A stretch of 21,460 nt of DNA from Nanobdellota archaeon (GCA_021162365.1 JAGGYW010000005.1:1-21460); one strand, 5' to 3'. Numbered from the stretch's first letter, positions 7,390 to 14,606 are shown. Notes: generated from the sequence alone by a model not told the origin. Translations and numbers: made by a program.

Positions 7390-8316
7390 TTATATCTTTA
7401 TCCCTCTTAAAATCCAAGAGTATTTATCTGATATAACTTCTGACACAGATTCTGGCGTAACTAACCCCTCTTCAGTTATATACGCATTAATTAGATTTCG
7501 GGGAGTAATATCGAATGCAGGATTTAAAATTTTAAGCTTTTTGGGTGGGTTCTTCCAAACTTCCTTTGGATCTCTCATTTCAATTTCCTCAACTCTGCCA
7601 AATATTGTCTCTGGGTCAAATTTCGGTAGAACAGTCGCAGAAAAGAAAGGTATGTTTACTCTCTTGCTGGCAAGGGCGAGATATAAAGTTCCAATCTTAT
7701 TTATCAAAGAACTATCCGCAGTTATAACATCCGCACCAACAATAGCCATGTCCGCCTTTTTGATGTATGTCGAGATAGCAGAATCAACAATCATTGTTGT
7801 AGGAATTCCAGCTTTTGTTAGCTCCTTTGCAGTTATATGTCCCTGATAAAGCGGCCTTGATTCTGTGTGGATTACCTCAAATCTTTTGCCATCTTTCCAC
7901 GCCTTCTTTAAGATCCCCATAACTGTTGAAGAATGGCAATGAGTAAACACAACAGTGTGATTTTTAATCATATTTGCACCAACAGCAGATATCTTTTCTT
8001 TAGCTTCATTCATATTGAAAAGAAATTCATCTGCAATGATGTCGATTAACCTAGGTATTTCTTTTGTAGTTATATCACTTTCACGCAAGTTAAACATAAC
8101 ATATCTTAAAATGTTCCTCATAAGAGGTTCTGTAGGCCTTGTCTCAACAAGAATCTGTTTGTACTTTTCAAGCTTAATCAAGAAATCAATTTTTGACTTT
8201 GCCCTTATCTTCTGGGACTTCCACTTAAGCGCCCTTACGGCGTATTTGGCAACATTTGTAGCTCCTTGAATCTTAACTGACTTTATGTCATTCACTACCT
8301 TGGCGAAAAAATCCAT
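7390..8316 (-). CDS. eIF-2B alpha/beta/delta family protein, most like archaeal ribose-1,5-bisphosphate isomerase
   Basis: 308 aa. Motifs ETRPTEP, FTHCHSS, TESRPLYQG, ITAKEL..AGIP, VGADVITADSSLINKIGT, EIEMRDPKEV and NPAFDITP are those I recall from the Thermococcus kodakarensis R15P isomerase / aIF-2B family. The catalytic Cys and Asp regions are present. The family call is firm; the specific activity is inferred. Confidence 0.85.
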   Translation of the reverse strand: MDFFAKVVNDIKSVKIQGATNVAKYAVRALKWKSQKIRAKSKIDFLIKLEKYKQILVETRPTEPLMRNILRYVMFNLRESDITTKEIPRLIDIIADEFLFNMNEAKEKISAVGANMIKNHTVVFTHCHSSTVMGILKKAWKDGKRFEVIHTESRPLYQGHITAKELTKAGIPTTMIVDSAISTYIKKADMAIVGADVITADSSLINKIGTLYLALASKRVNIPFFSATVLPKFDPETIFGRVEEIEMRDPKEVWKNPPKKLKILNPAFDITPRNLINAYITEEGLVTPESVSEVISDKYSWILRGIKI

Positions 8317-8337
8317 AATAATAAGAAAGAAGTTGAA

Positions 8338-8348
8338 GTTTTTAAATT
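8338..8348 (-). promoter_or_regulatory. Putative TATA-like box for the eIF-2B-family gene
   Basis: Minus-sense AATTTAAAAAC, centred about 27 nt upstream of ATG 8316; no Shine-Dalgarno in between. AT-rich background limits confidence. Confidence 0.35.
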
Positions 8349-8375
8349 CTCCGTGAACGCTTCCCTAAAGGGTGC

Positions 8376-8660
8376 TTACAAATCGTTCACATCTACAATC
8401 CTTGTAACATCTGTTACTTGAACATCTCCCGTGCCATCAATTTTCTTGACTTCTGCTTCTACAGGCTCTGTGCCCCCTTCCCCCTCAGGCATTATAAAGG
8501 AAATGACTAGAGCATTTATACCAAATGCAATTGGCTGCACAGATTTCTTATAAATCCTTCCGAATTTTTTGATTACTTCTTCAACTTTTGCGCCTAACTC
8601 ATCAATATTTATCTCTGGAGAATTAGGCAAAACTTTTATAGTGACTACAACATCTGCCAT
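8376..8660 (-). CDS. ef1b: Translation elongation factor aEF-1 beta
   Basis: MADVVVTIKVLPNSPEINIDELGAKVEEVIKKFGRIYKKSVQPIAFGINALVISFIMPEGEGGTEPVEAEVKKIDGTGDVQVTDVTRI. The length (~94 aa) and the V.IKV.P / IAFG..AL pattern fit archaeal EF-1beta. It follows a Zn-ribbon gene, a conserved archaeal pairing. The track start ATG 8672 (MVNEMADV) is possible, but ATG 8660 has GGTGA (8666-8670, minus sense) 5 nt upstream. Confidence 0.85.
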   Translation of the reverse strand: MADVVVTIKVLPNSPEINIDELGAKVEEVIKKFGRIYKKSVQPIAFGINALVISFIMPEGEGGTEPVEAEVKKIDGTGDVQVTDVTRIVDVNDL

Positions 8661-8682
8661 TTCATTCACCATCCTTTACATT

Positions 8683-8865
8683 TTATGGACCAACAAACCC
8701 ACAATTCTCGCACCTATAAGGTGTTGATGTTTTCCTGCACTTTCCACATCTAACTATCAAGTTCCCACATCCGGGGCATGGAAATTTTGTGGAGTTCTCA
8801 ACAGTAGTTATATCTATCTTGCAGGATGTACAAACTAACTTTGCCATACGAGAATTTACATCCAT
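8683..8865 (-). CDS. Small double zinc-ribbon protein (archaeal COG2888-type, translation-associated)
   Basis: Four CxxC pairs (CTSC, CPGC, CGKC, CENC) in 60 aa, immediately upstream of aEF-1beta as in many archaea. Alternative start ATG 8847 (MAKLVCTSC) fits the A/T box at 8871-8880. Confidence 0.75.
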   Translation of the reverse strand: MDVNSRMAKLVCTSCKIDITTVENSTKFPCPGCGNLIVRCGKCRKTSTPYRCENCGFVGP

Positions 8866-8870
8866 AAGCT

Positions 8871-8880
8871 TTTTATAATT
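8871..8880 (-). promoter_or_regulatory. Putative TATA-like box for the Zn-ribbon/aEF-1beta unit (if translation starts at 8847)
   Basis: Minus-sense AATTATAAAA, centred about 28 nt upstream of ATG 8847 but only about 10 nt from ATG 8865. Confidence 0.3.
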
Positions 8881-8895
8881 TTCTCATGGGGAAGG

Positions 8896-8903
8896 ATTTA
8901 AAT
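8896..8903 (+). promoter_or_regulatory. Putative TATA box for pth2; perfect palindrome ATTTAAAT in a divergent intergenic region
   Basis: ATTTAAAT is centred about 27 nt upstream of ATG 8927, with no Shine-Dalgarno. The palindrome could in principle serve both strands. Confidence 0.4.
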
Positions 8904-8926
8904 ACACACAATTAGTTTGGTGTAAC

Positions 8927-9274
8927 ATGAAGCAAGCCATAGTTGTGAGAAAAGATTTAAACATAAGTGTTGGAAAGATAGCTACACAAGTAGCCCATGC
9001 TTCGCTATCTGCAGCCCTTATTGCTAAAAATAAGAAAAGAACGTGGTTCAAAAAATGGTACGATGAAGGGCAAAAGAAAATAGTCCTAAAAGTAAATGAT
9101 TTAGATTCCCTAAAGAAAATAAAGAAAAAGGCGGATTCTCTTGGAATCCCAAATCAACTAATTAGGGATGCTGGACTAACAGAAGTTCCTCCAGGCACAA
9201 TTACAGCACTTGGACTTGGACCTGCACCAGATGAGAAAATAAACAAACTTGTTGGTTCCCTGCCACTACTGTGA
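8927..9274 (+). CDS. pth2: Peptidyl-tRNA hydrolase, archaeal/eukaryotic type (Pth2)
   Basis: 115 aa. MKQAIVVRKDL..S.GKIATQVAHAS at the N-terminus and LIRDAGLTEVPPGTITALGLGPAP near the C-terminus are hallmark Pth2 segments. Confidence 0.9.
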   Translation: MKQAIVVRKDLNISVGKIATQVAHASLSAALIAKNKKRTWFKKWYDEGQKKIVLKVNDLDSLKKIKKKADSLGIPNQLIRDAGLTEVPPGTITALGLGPAPDEKINKLVGSLPLL

Positions 9275-10417
9275 ATATGTTTTAATTGCTTCTAAAAGTT
9301 GTGTTGAGATTAATGGGTTATTTAACTGCATGCAGTCGCAAACTTCATTGTCTTCTAAATTTACAGAACAGATATATCCTTCTCCAGAAAGAATTCCCTT
9401 TTGCAAGGCAATCAGCGATTTTGTTGTTGAATCAACGCTTTCATTTGTAACTAAAAATGCACCATAAACACCTTCGCTTCTAACTACCATCTGATTATCA
9501 TATAAAAATGGAGATGTAAACACATCCCTACCAAAGTATTTGTCAATTGAGCTATCCATCTTCAAAAGTGAAACTGAATAATTGCTAACAACATTTTGCT
9601 TTTCATTCCACATCCTTAACAAATCGTCTGGAGGGAGACACTTATTTTCTGTAATTGAAACCCCATAAAATGAAAATGTTTCTGAAACCCTCTCTAAATT
9701 CTCTGGAGTTAACAAAGACATAACAGAAAATAAAAACATAATTGCTAAAACAGCACCAGCAAGGAAGAACTTATCCTCCTTTAGGCGGGTTAATATGTCT
9801 GAAAAGTCAAATCCGAGTTTCTTAAACTCTTTTACAACACCATTCTCATCAACTAACGCTACATATTCCTTCCCAGCCGAGATAACACTTACATTCCACA
9901 TGCCCTTCTCAAAGTTCACAGCCGTTATCTTATAATCTTTAACATTCGCTTTCTCAAGAGTTTGGGCAACTATTCTTTTTATCCCCGCCTTCGTTGGTGG
10001 TTTTGGCTGAATTCCTTTCTCAATAAGAGCATTATTTATTTTTGCGACCTCTCCTTTCAAAAAGTCTATTTCCTCCCTAAGCCCTTCTATATCTCTTTTT
10101 GTTAAAAAGTGGGGCTTGCTCTTCACCGATAGTAAAAATAAGATTATGTACAATACGATCGCAACAATAAGGGAGTTTATCATCTCAGAAACAAATTTTA
10201 TTTGCGGCAGAAAGTCAAAAGGCAACAAAATACCAACAGCAAAGCAGATAAACCCAATTAACACAGCGCCCACAGTTTTTGTTATAAAATCTAATTTCGT
10301 CCTCCAGCCAGAAATGGCAATCCTTCCAAAGAATAAAGCTACTGATAACAAAGCCAGCTTGAGAAGCAAATCTATGAATTTGGGTATGTACTCCAACATT
10401 TCAAATATGTCTGCCAT
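9266..10417 (-). CDS. Multi-pass membrane protein with coiled-coil and extracytoplasmic domains, function unknown
   Basis: The track starts at GTG 10420; the next codon is ATG 10417 (MADIFEML). About three N-terminal TM segments are followed by a heptad-like stretch (RDIEGLREEIDFLKGEVAKINNAL). A PepSY-like segment (KDYKITAVNFEKGMWNVSVISAGKEYVALVDENGVVKEF) and another TM (FFLAGAVLAIMFLFSVMSLL) come next. The C-terminal ~150 aa contain Cys residues. I recognise no family. Confidence 0.7.
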   Translation of the reverse strand: MADIFEMLEYIPKFIDLLLKLALLSVALFFGRIAISGWRTKLDFITKTVGAVLIGFICFAVGILLPFDFLPQIKFVSEMINSLIVAIVLYIILFLLSVKSKPHFLTKRDIEGLREEIDFLKGEVAKINNALIEKGIQPKPPTKAGIKRIVAQTLEKANVKDYKITAVNFEKGMWNVSVISAGKEYVALVDENGVVKEFKKLGFDFSDILTRLKEDKFFLAGAVLAIMFLFSVMSLLTPENLERVSETFSFYGVSITENKCLPPDDLLRMWNEKQNVVSNYSVSLLKMDSSIDKYFGRDVFTSPFLYDNQMVVRSEGVYGAFLVTNESVDSTTKSLIALQKGILSGEGYICSVNLEDNEVCDCMQLNNPLISTQLLEAIKTYSQ

Positions 10418-10436
10418 CACTTACTCAAAAAATCAC

Positions 10437-10448
10437 TATAATTAATAA
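10437..10448 (-). promoter_or_regulatory. Putative TATA-like box for the 384-aa membrane protein gene
   Basis: Minus-sense TTATTAATTATA, centred about 25 nt upstream of ATG 10417. Confidence 0.3.
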
Positions 10449-10460
10449 TTTTTGATAAGC

Positions 10461-10467
10461 TTTATAA
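10461..10467 (+). promoter_or_regulatory. Putative TATA box for the ACT-rtcA-DHH operon
   Basis: TTTATAA is centred 27 nt upstream of ATG 10491; no Shine-Dalgarno in between, consistent with a leaderless transcript. Confidence 0.4.
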
Positions 10468-10490
10468 TCCAATAAAAGTTTAAAGAAAGC

Positions 10491-10979
10491 ATGGCAAGGA
10501 AAGTTACAAAATCAAAAAAAGTCAAAAAGAAGTCCATAAAGGACAAGGTAATTGAAGTGTTGCAGGGGAGCACCAAATTCAAGATGGATGTTTCCCTTTT
10601 GATACTGAGATTTGACCCAGCTTTTCTCGTGAAGTTTCTACAGGAGATAGCAAAAGATGTCGACAAAGGAAGAGTTTCTCAAATATCCCAGGGAACAAGC
10701 GCAATAGTATTGGTGTGCGAGGAATCGCTAGCAAAAGAAATTGAAAAGAAGTATCCAAAGTATGTAATAGATCACCAAAAAGACTTAGTCGCATACACAA
10801 TCATGTTCCCAAAGAAGGCAATAAAGACCCCTGGAATAATAGCATTCATCTCAGATAAGTTCGCCAAAAACGGGATTAACATCCTTGAAGTAATAAGCAG
10901 CTACACAGACGTAACTTTCGTAATTCACAGGAAGGATTTATTTAAAGCAATGGACTTACTTGGCGCATTCATAGTATGA
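10491..10979 (+). CDS. ACT-domain protein (COG2150-like) with lysine-rich N-terminal tail
   Basis: 162 aa. The C-terminal segment VAYTIMFPKKAIKTPGIIAFISDKFAKNGINILEVISSYTDVTFVIHRKDLFKAMDLLGAF has the ACT-fold pattern (hydrophobic strand, pGi.a.i...la..gINI, second strand, helix). The N-terminus is MARKVTKSKKVKKKSIKDK. The stop overlaps the rtcA start (ATGA, 10976-10979). Confidence 0.55.
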   Translation: MARKVTKSKKVKKKSIKDKVIEVLQGSTKFKMDVSLLILRFDPAFLVKFLQEIAKDVDKGRVSQISQGTSAIVLVCEESLAKEIEKKYPKYVIDHQKDLVAYTIMFPKKAIKTPGIIAFISDKFAKNGINILEVISSYTDVTFVIHRKDLFKAMDLLGAFIV

Positions 10980-11986
10980 TAGAAATTGACGGCTCTTTCG
11001 GCGAAGGTGGAGGTCAAATAATAAGAACAAGCCTAGCTTTATCTGCACTAACCGGCAAACCATTCAGAATATACAATATAAGGGCAAAAAGAAAAAACCC
11101 GGGACTTCGTCCGCAACATTTAAATGCAGTAAAAGCAGTTGCAGAGCTTTGCAATGCGGAAGTCACAGACATTGAAGTTGGAACAAAAGAGCTAACCTTC
11201 AAACCCAATGAGATAGAAGAAAAAATACTAAATATTGATATTGGAACAGCTGGAGCAACAACCCTAATTCTCCACGCCCTCCTTCCTGCAATCTTGCACT
11301 CAAAAAAACACATAAAAGTAAGAATAAAAGGTGGAACCAACAATCCAATGGCGCCGCCAATAGATAACGTGCTTCTTGTATTTTTGCCAACCTTAGAAAA
11401 ATTTGGAGCAAAAATTGTAGGTAAATTAATCAGAAGGGGGTATTACCCAAAAGGTGGAGGAGAAATATTCGTTGATATTTTACCATCAGAGTTAAATGAA
11501 ATAATCATAACACATAGAGGCGAGCTAAAAGAGATTGTCGGAATTGCCAATGCATCTAAGCAATTAGAAAAAGCGAAAGTTGCAGATAGAGAAGCGAAAG
11601 GAGCTGTAAGAAAACTAAAAGAATTAAATGTGCCAATAAACATAAAGAAAGAATACTGCGACACATTATCTATTGGGACTTCTATTTCACTATGTGCAAA
11701 ATTTGAAAACTGTTTCATGGGCGCAGATGCATTTGGGAAACTTGGAGTGCCAGCGGAAAAAGTTGGAGAAACTGCTGCAAAAAACTTATTAAGCGAGATG
11801 AATTCAGATGGTTGCGTAGATGAACACCTTGCAGACCAACTAATTCCTTATATGGGTTTGTGGGGAGGAAAAATTAAAGTAACAAAAATATCAGAACATA
11901 CAAAAACAAACATCTGGGTAACAGAAAAATTTCTCCCAGTAAAATTTGAAATAAAGGATGGTGTAATAAGTTGCAAAAAGAAATAG
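10976..11986 (+). CDS. rtcA: RNA 3'-terminal phosphate cyclase
   Basis: 336 aa. IEIDGSFGEGGGQIIRTSLALSALTGKPFRIYNIRAKRKNPGLRPQHL is the N-terminal RtcA signature. GGTNNPMAPP is present, as is the C-terminal DEHLADQLIPYM containing the adenylylated-His motif. Confidence 0.9.
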   Translation: MIEIDGSFGEGGGQIIRTSLALSALTGKPFRIYNIRAKRKNPGLRPQHLNAVKAVAELCNAEVTDIEVGTKELTFKPNEIEEKILNIDIGTAGATTLILHALLPAILHSKKHIKVRIKGGTNNPMAPPIDNVLLVFLPTLEKFGAKIVGKLIRRGYYPKGGGEIFVDILPSELNEIIITHRGELKEIVGIANASKQLEKAKVADREAKGAVRKLKELNVPINIKKEYCDTLSIGTSISLCAKFENCFMGADAFGKLGVPAEKVGETAAKNLLSEMNSDGCVDEHLADQLIPYMGLWGGKIKVTKISEHTKTNIWVTEKFLPVKFEIKDGVISCKKK

Positions 11987-12999
11987 AAAAGAAAAAGGCC
12001 CTTGAGGCCCTAAAAGAGAAAATAAAATCCCTTACGAAATACAATGAAGTTGTAATTGTTAATGATTATGACATTGACAGCTGTGCATCTGCATCAATTC
12101 TCTGGAGAATTCTAAAGAAAAATGGAGTTAATGTAAAACACATAACTTTAAGCAAGGGATACGAGGAAATAATTGCACAGAAATTGAAAAAAATGAACCC
12201 AGAAAAAATCGTAATTGTTGATTACGTGCCCGGAAGGAAATTCATAGATGAATTATCTGACATGAATATAACTATACTTGACCACCACATGCATGAAGAA
12301 TTTTTAGAGAAAGTGGATTATTATACCACCATGGATTACATTGACTTATATGCTGCTCTCTCTTATTGGCTCTACCATGCAGCGAAAGATTTTGGGATAA
12401 AAAATGTAGAGTGGCTTGGGAGGCTTGGATGCTTCTGGGACAAATGCATGGAAAACACAGAATTCTACGAAAAAGACATTTACAAAAAAGAAATGGAGAA
12501 AATGTTGCCGTTCAACATTATGACAAGCTTCAGCCAAACAAAGGGTGCCTCAAAAATGGTTGAAATATTTGACAGTAGCTCAAGCTTCGAAGAGGCGTAC
12601 GAAAAAGTAATATCTGACTATGATTACATACATGCAAAGAAAGTTTTTGATGAAGAACTCCAAGATGTAATGTTTTCAAGGAAGGCATATCCCGATATAA
12701 AGTTGAATATTTACTTTGTAAAAACAAGGTTCAAACACATGAGAGTATTTGTGGATTATATTACCTACCAAAGTGAAGGAACTCAAGTTTTTATACTAAA
12801 TGAGATCACACGATTTAAATTTTCATTTAGGACAACATTAGACATAAATCTTGTAGAAATCTTAAGAAAGTTAGCAAAGAAATTTCCAAACTTCACAGGA
12901 GGAGGACACAAAAAAGCGTGTGGTGCATTATTATTCGGGGAAAATGTAGAAGAACTACTCAATGAATTCATTAAAGAATACAAAAAAGCAATTCAATAA
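11971..12999 (+). CDS. DHH/DHHA1 family phosphoesterase (NrnA-like nanoRNase / pAp phosphatase type)
   Basis: 342 aa. Motif I NDYDIDSCASAS, motif II IVIVDYVP, motif III ILDHHM, DHHA1 motif FTGGGHKKACGA. The only canonical start upstream of motif I is TTG 11971, which overlaps the rtcA 3' end by 16 nt. Confidence 0.8.
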   Translation: MQKEIEKKKALEALKEKIKSLTKYNEVVIVNDYDIDSCASASILWRILKKNGVNVKHITLSKGYEEIIAQKLKKMNPEKIVIVDYVPGRKFIDELSDMNITILDHHMHEEFLEKVDYYTTMDYIDLYAALSYWLYHAAKDFGIKNVEWLGRLGCFWDKCMENTEFYEKDIYKKEMEKMLPFNIMTSFSQTKGASKMVEIFDSSSSFEEAYEKVISDYDYIHAKKVFDEELQDVMFSRKAYPDIKLNIYFVKTRFKHMRVFVDYITYQSEGTQVFILNEITRFKFSFRTTLDINLVEILRKLAKKFPNFTGGGHKKACGALLFGENVEELLNEFIKEYKKAIQ

Positions 13000-13262
13000 A
13001 CTTCTTTACAACTTCCATCTTCACATGTGCAACCTTTCACACCATACCAAGCCTGGCAATTCTTTCCACATACAATTCCTTTTGTCTCTTCTGGCGTCTG
13101 CCCGACAGGATGGCACTTGCAGTCACATAAACTTAATCTGCAATCCATGCTTGTTCTACATTCTCCTTGAACAGAAGATTTAGGCATAATCAAAAAAACA
13201 GCTAAAGCTGCAGCTACAATTAAAATGATGATTGCCACAACAGTAATCCAACCTCTACTCAT
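12993..13262 (-). CDS. Small membrane-anchored cysteine-rich protein (89 aa, 10 Cys)
   Basis: MSRGWITVVAIIILIVAAALAVFLIM hydrophobic N-terminus, then ECRTSMDCRLSLCDCKCHPVGQTPEETKGIVCGKNCQAWYGVKGCTCEDGSCKEVY. The 3' end overlaps the convergent DHH gene by 7 nt. Confidence 0.6.
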   Translation of the reverse strand: MSRGWITVVAIIILIVAAALAVFLIMPKSSVQGECRTSMDCRLSLCDCKCHPVGQTPEETKGIVCGKNCQAWYGVKGCTCEDGSCKEVY

Positions 13263-13281
13263 AATTTTCTAATAACATGCA

Positions 13282-13292
13282 ATATTTATTTA
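13282..13292 (-). promoter_or_regulatory. Putative TATA-like box for the Cys-rich protein gene
   Basis: Minus-sense TAAATAAATAT, centred about 25 nt upstream of ATG 13262; it overlaps the stop codon of the MgtC-family gene. Confidence 0.3.
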
Positions 13293-14573
13293 GTTAACTA
13301 AAAACTGCTGTAAGAAAAATACGACAAACATGCTTGCAGCTGCAAGCAAAGTTCCAACAATTATAATTTTTGAGAACTTTTTATTCCTTGCTTTTTGTAT
13401 CCAAAATGACTTAACAAGTAGTGAAATAGAAGCTGCGAGAAGAACAAACTCTGCCGAAGTTGTTACTGCAATATCTCCATCAACAACCATGTTTGTTAAA
13501 GAAGCAATAACCGTTGACGAAGAAAACAAGCTGCCCCCAACAACAAGAGGAAGCAGACTTAATCCTCCAAACATCCTGTTAAGCATTCCTCCAAAGATTA
13601 CCAATCCAAAATAAAACAGCCCAAACTCTAAAACAGGCTTTAACGAGAATGGAGATTTTATTTTTAACTTACCTGAAACCTTTTTCTTGCTTAATTTATA
13701 ACTAACAAACGAAGCGATGAGCAAAATAGCCATGCTTGTCATGTATGGAAGAGCAATAACTTTAAACAAAGAGATGCCACCAAAAACAAAAACAATTACA
13801 ATTAAATCACCGAGCTGTCCGGTAAAGCAAGCAAGAAATGCGCTCGAGATAGCATAATGAAGTAGGCTCTTTTGTTTCTTAAGCCAATCGGCGATCTGAT
13901 AAACGGTTGCGCTTGAATTTACAAGTCCCCCAAAAAATGAGGAAACAACAAGTCCGAGGTGGGACAATTCTTTCATTAACACATACGAAACGAAATAAAT
14001 AGCCGAAATAGCTACAACAACATACCAGATTTTGTAAGGATTTATCATATGCCAAGGGTCAATAAACTCATTTGGCAATAATGGAAAAATGATAAATGCA
14101 ATTATCGCAAACTTTATTGCAGACATTATATCCTCATTAGTAAGTTTGCGACTCCACCTTACCATCTTTCTCTTTGCAGCTAAAACAAATGTGGTGGCAA
14201 CTGCTAATATGACTGCAATCAAATAATTTGCGTATCCTCCAAAGCCAACAAACATACCAGTAAAGAAAACCACAAACATGGAAATATATGTGGTAGCGCC
14301 TGTATGTTTATGCACAATAGCATTTGCAACATACACAGAGGTTGTAACTACTAATGCTAAAACTAGTCCAACAATCATAAATAAAGGATTGTAACTTAAT
14401 CCTGCAACAAAAGCTGTGAGAAAACCAAGCAACCCAAACAAGATTGTAGTCCTAATACCAAATATTGGAAACTTCTTCTTGCCAAATGCTTGACGGGCAT
14501 GCTCCCTCTCTACTCCCACAAGGGCAGCAAGCATTACTGACAATACAAACTCTTGCAAAAATTGATACAGCAT
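13290..14573 (-). CDS. MgtC/SapB family membrane protein fused to DUF4010-type domain
   Basis: 427 aa. LAALVGVEREHARQ...FGIRTTILFGLLG matches the MgtC signature (G.ERE ... G.RT). Many further TM segments follow, as in the ~420-aa MgtC+DUF4010 family. Confidence 0.75.
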   Translation of the reverse strand: MLYQFLQEFVLSVMLAALVGVEREHARQAFGKKKFPIFGIRTTILFGLLGFLTAFVAGLSYNPLFMIVGLVLALVVTTSVYVANAIVHKHTGATTYISMFVVFFTGMFVGFGGYANYLIAVILAVATTFVLAAKRKMVRWSRKLTNEDIMSAIKFAIIAFIIFPLLPNEFIDPWHMINPYKIWYVVVAISAIYFVSYVLMKELSHLGLVVSSFFGGLVNSSATVYQIADWLKKQKSLLHYAISSAFLACFTGQLGDLIVIVFVFGGISLFKVIALPYMTSMAILLIASFVSYKLSKKKVSGKLKIKSPFSLKPVLEFGLFYFGLVIFGGMLNRMFGGLSLLPLVVGGSLFSSSTVIASLTNMVVDGDIAVTTSAEFVLLAASISLLVKSFWIQKARNKKFSKIIIVGTLLAAASMFVVFFLQQFLVN

Positions 14574-14606
14574 AATTTATTAATGAAAATGAAATTAATA
14601 AACTTG

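Noticed and set aside
7541-8269. Plus-strand ORFs 7541-7846, 7545-7727 and 8015-8269
   Set aside because: Antisense to the well-supported eIF-2B-family gene.
8361-8374. Possible terminator hairpin (CCC-TAAA-GGG) after aEF-1beta
   Set aside because: The stem is only 3 bp and no adjacent oligo-T run is present. Indistinguishable from chance.
9249-10445. Plus-strand ORFs 9249-9467 and 10116-10445
   Set aside because: Antisense to the 384-aa membrane protein gene, whose TM/coiled-coil organisation is far more protein-like.
10442-11718. Minus-strand ORFs 10442-10666, 10579-10800, 11014-11343, 11199-11411 and 11443-11718
   Set aside because: Antisense to the ACT-domain gene and rtcA, which have clear family motifs.
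12346-13614. ORFs 12346-12537(-), 12366-12563(+), 12530-12727(-), 12783-12983(-), 12962-13183(+) and 13330-13614(+)
   Set aside because: These are alternative or antisense frames within the DHH gene, the Cys-rich gene and the MgtC-family gene. No motifs, and they are incompatible with the supported genes.
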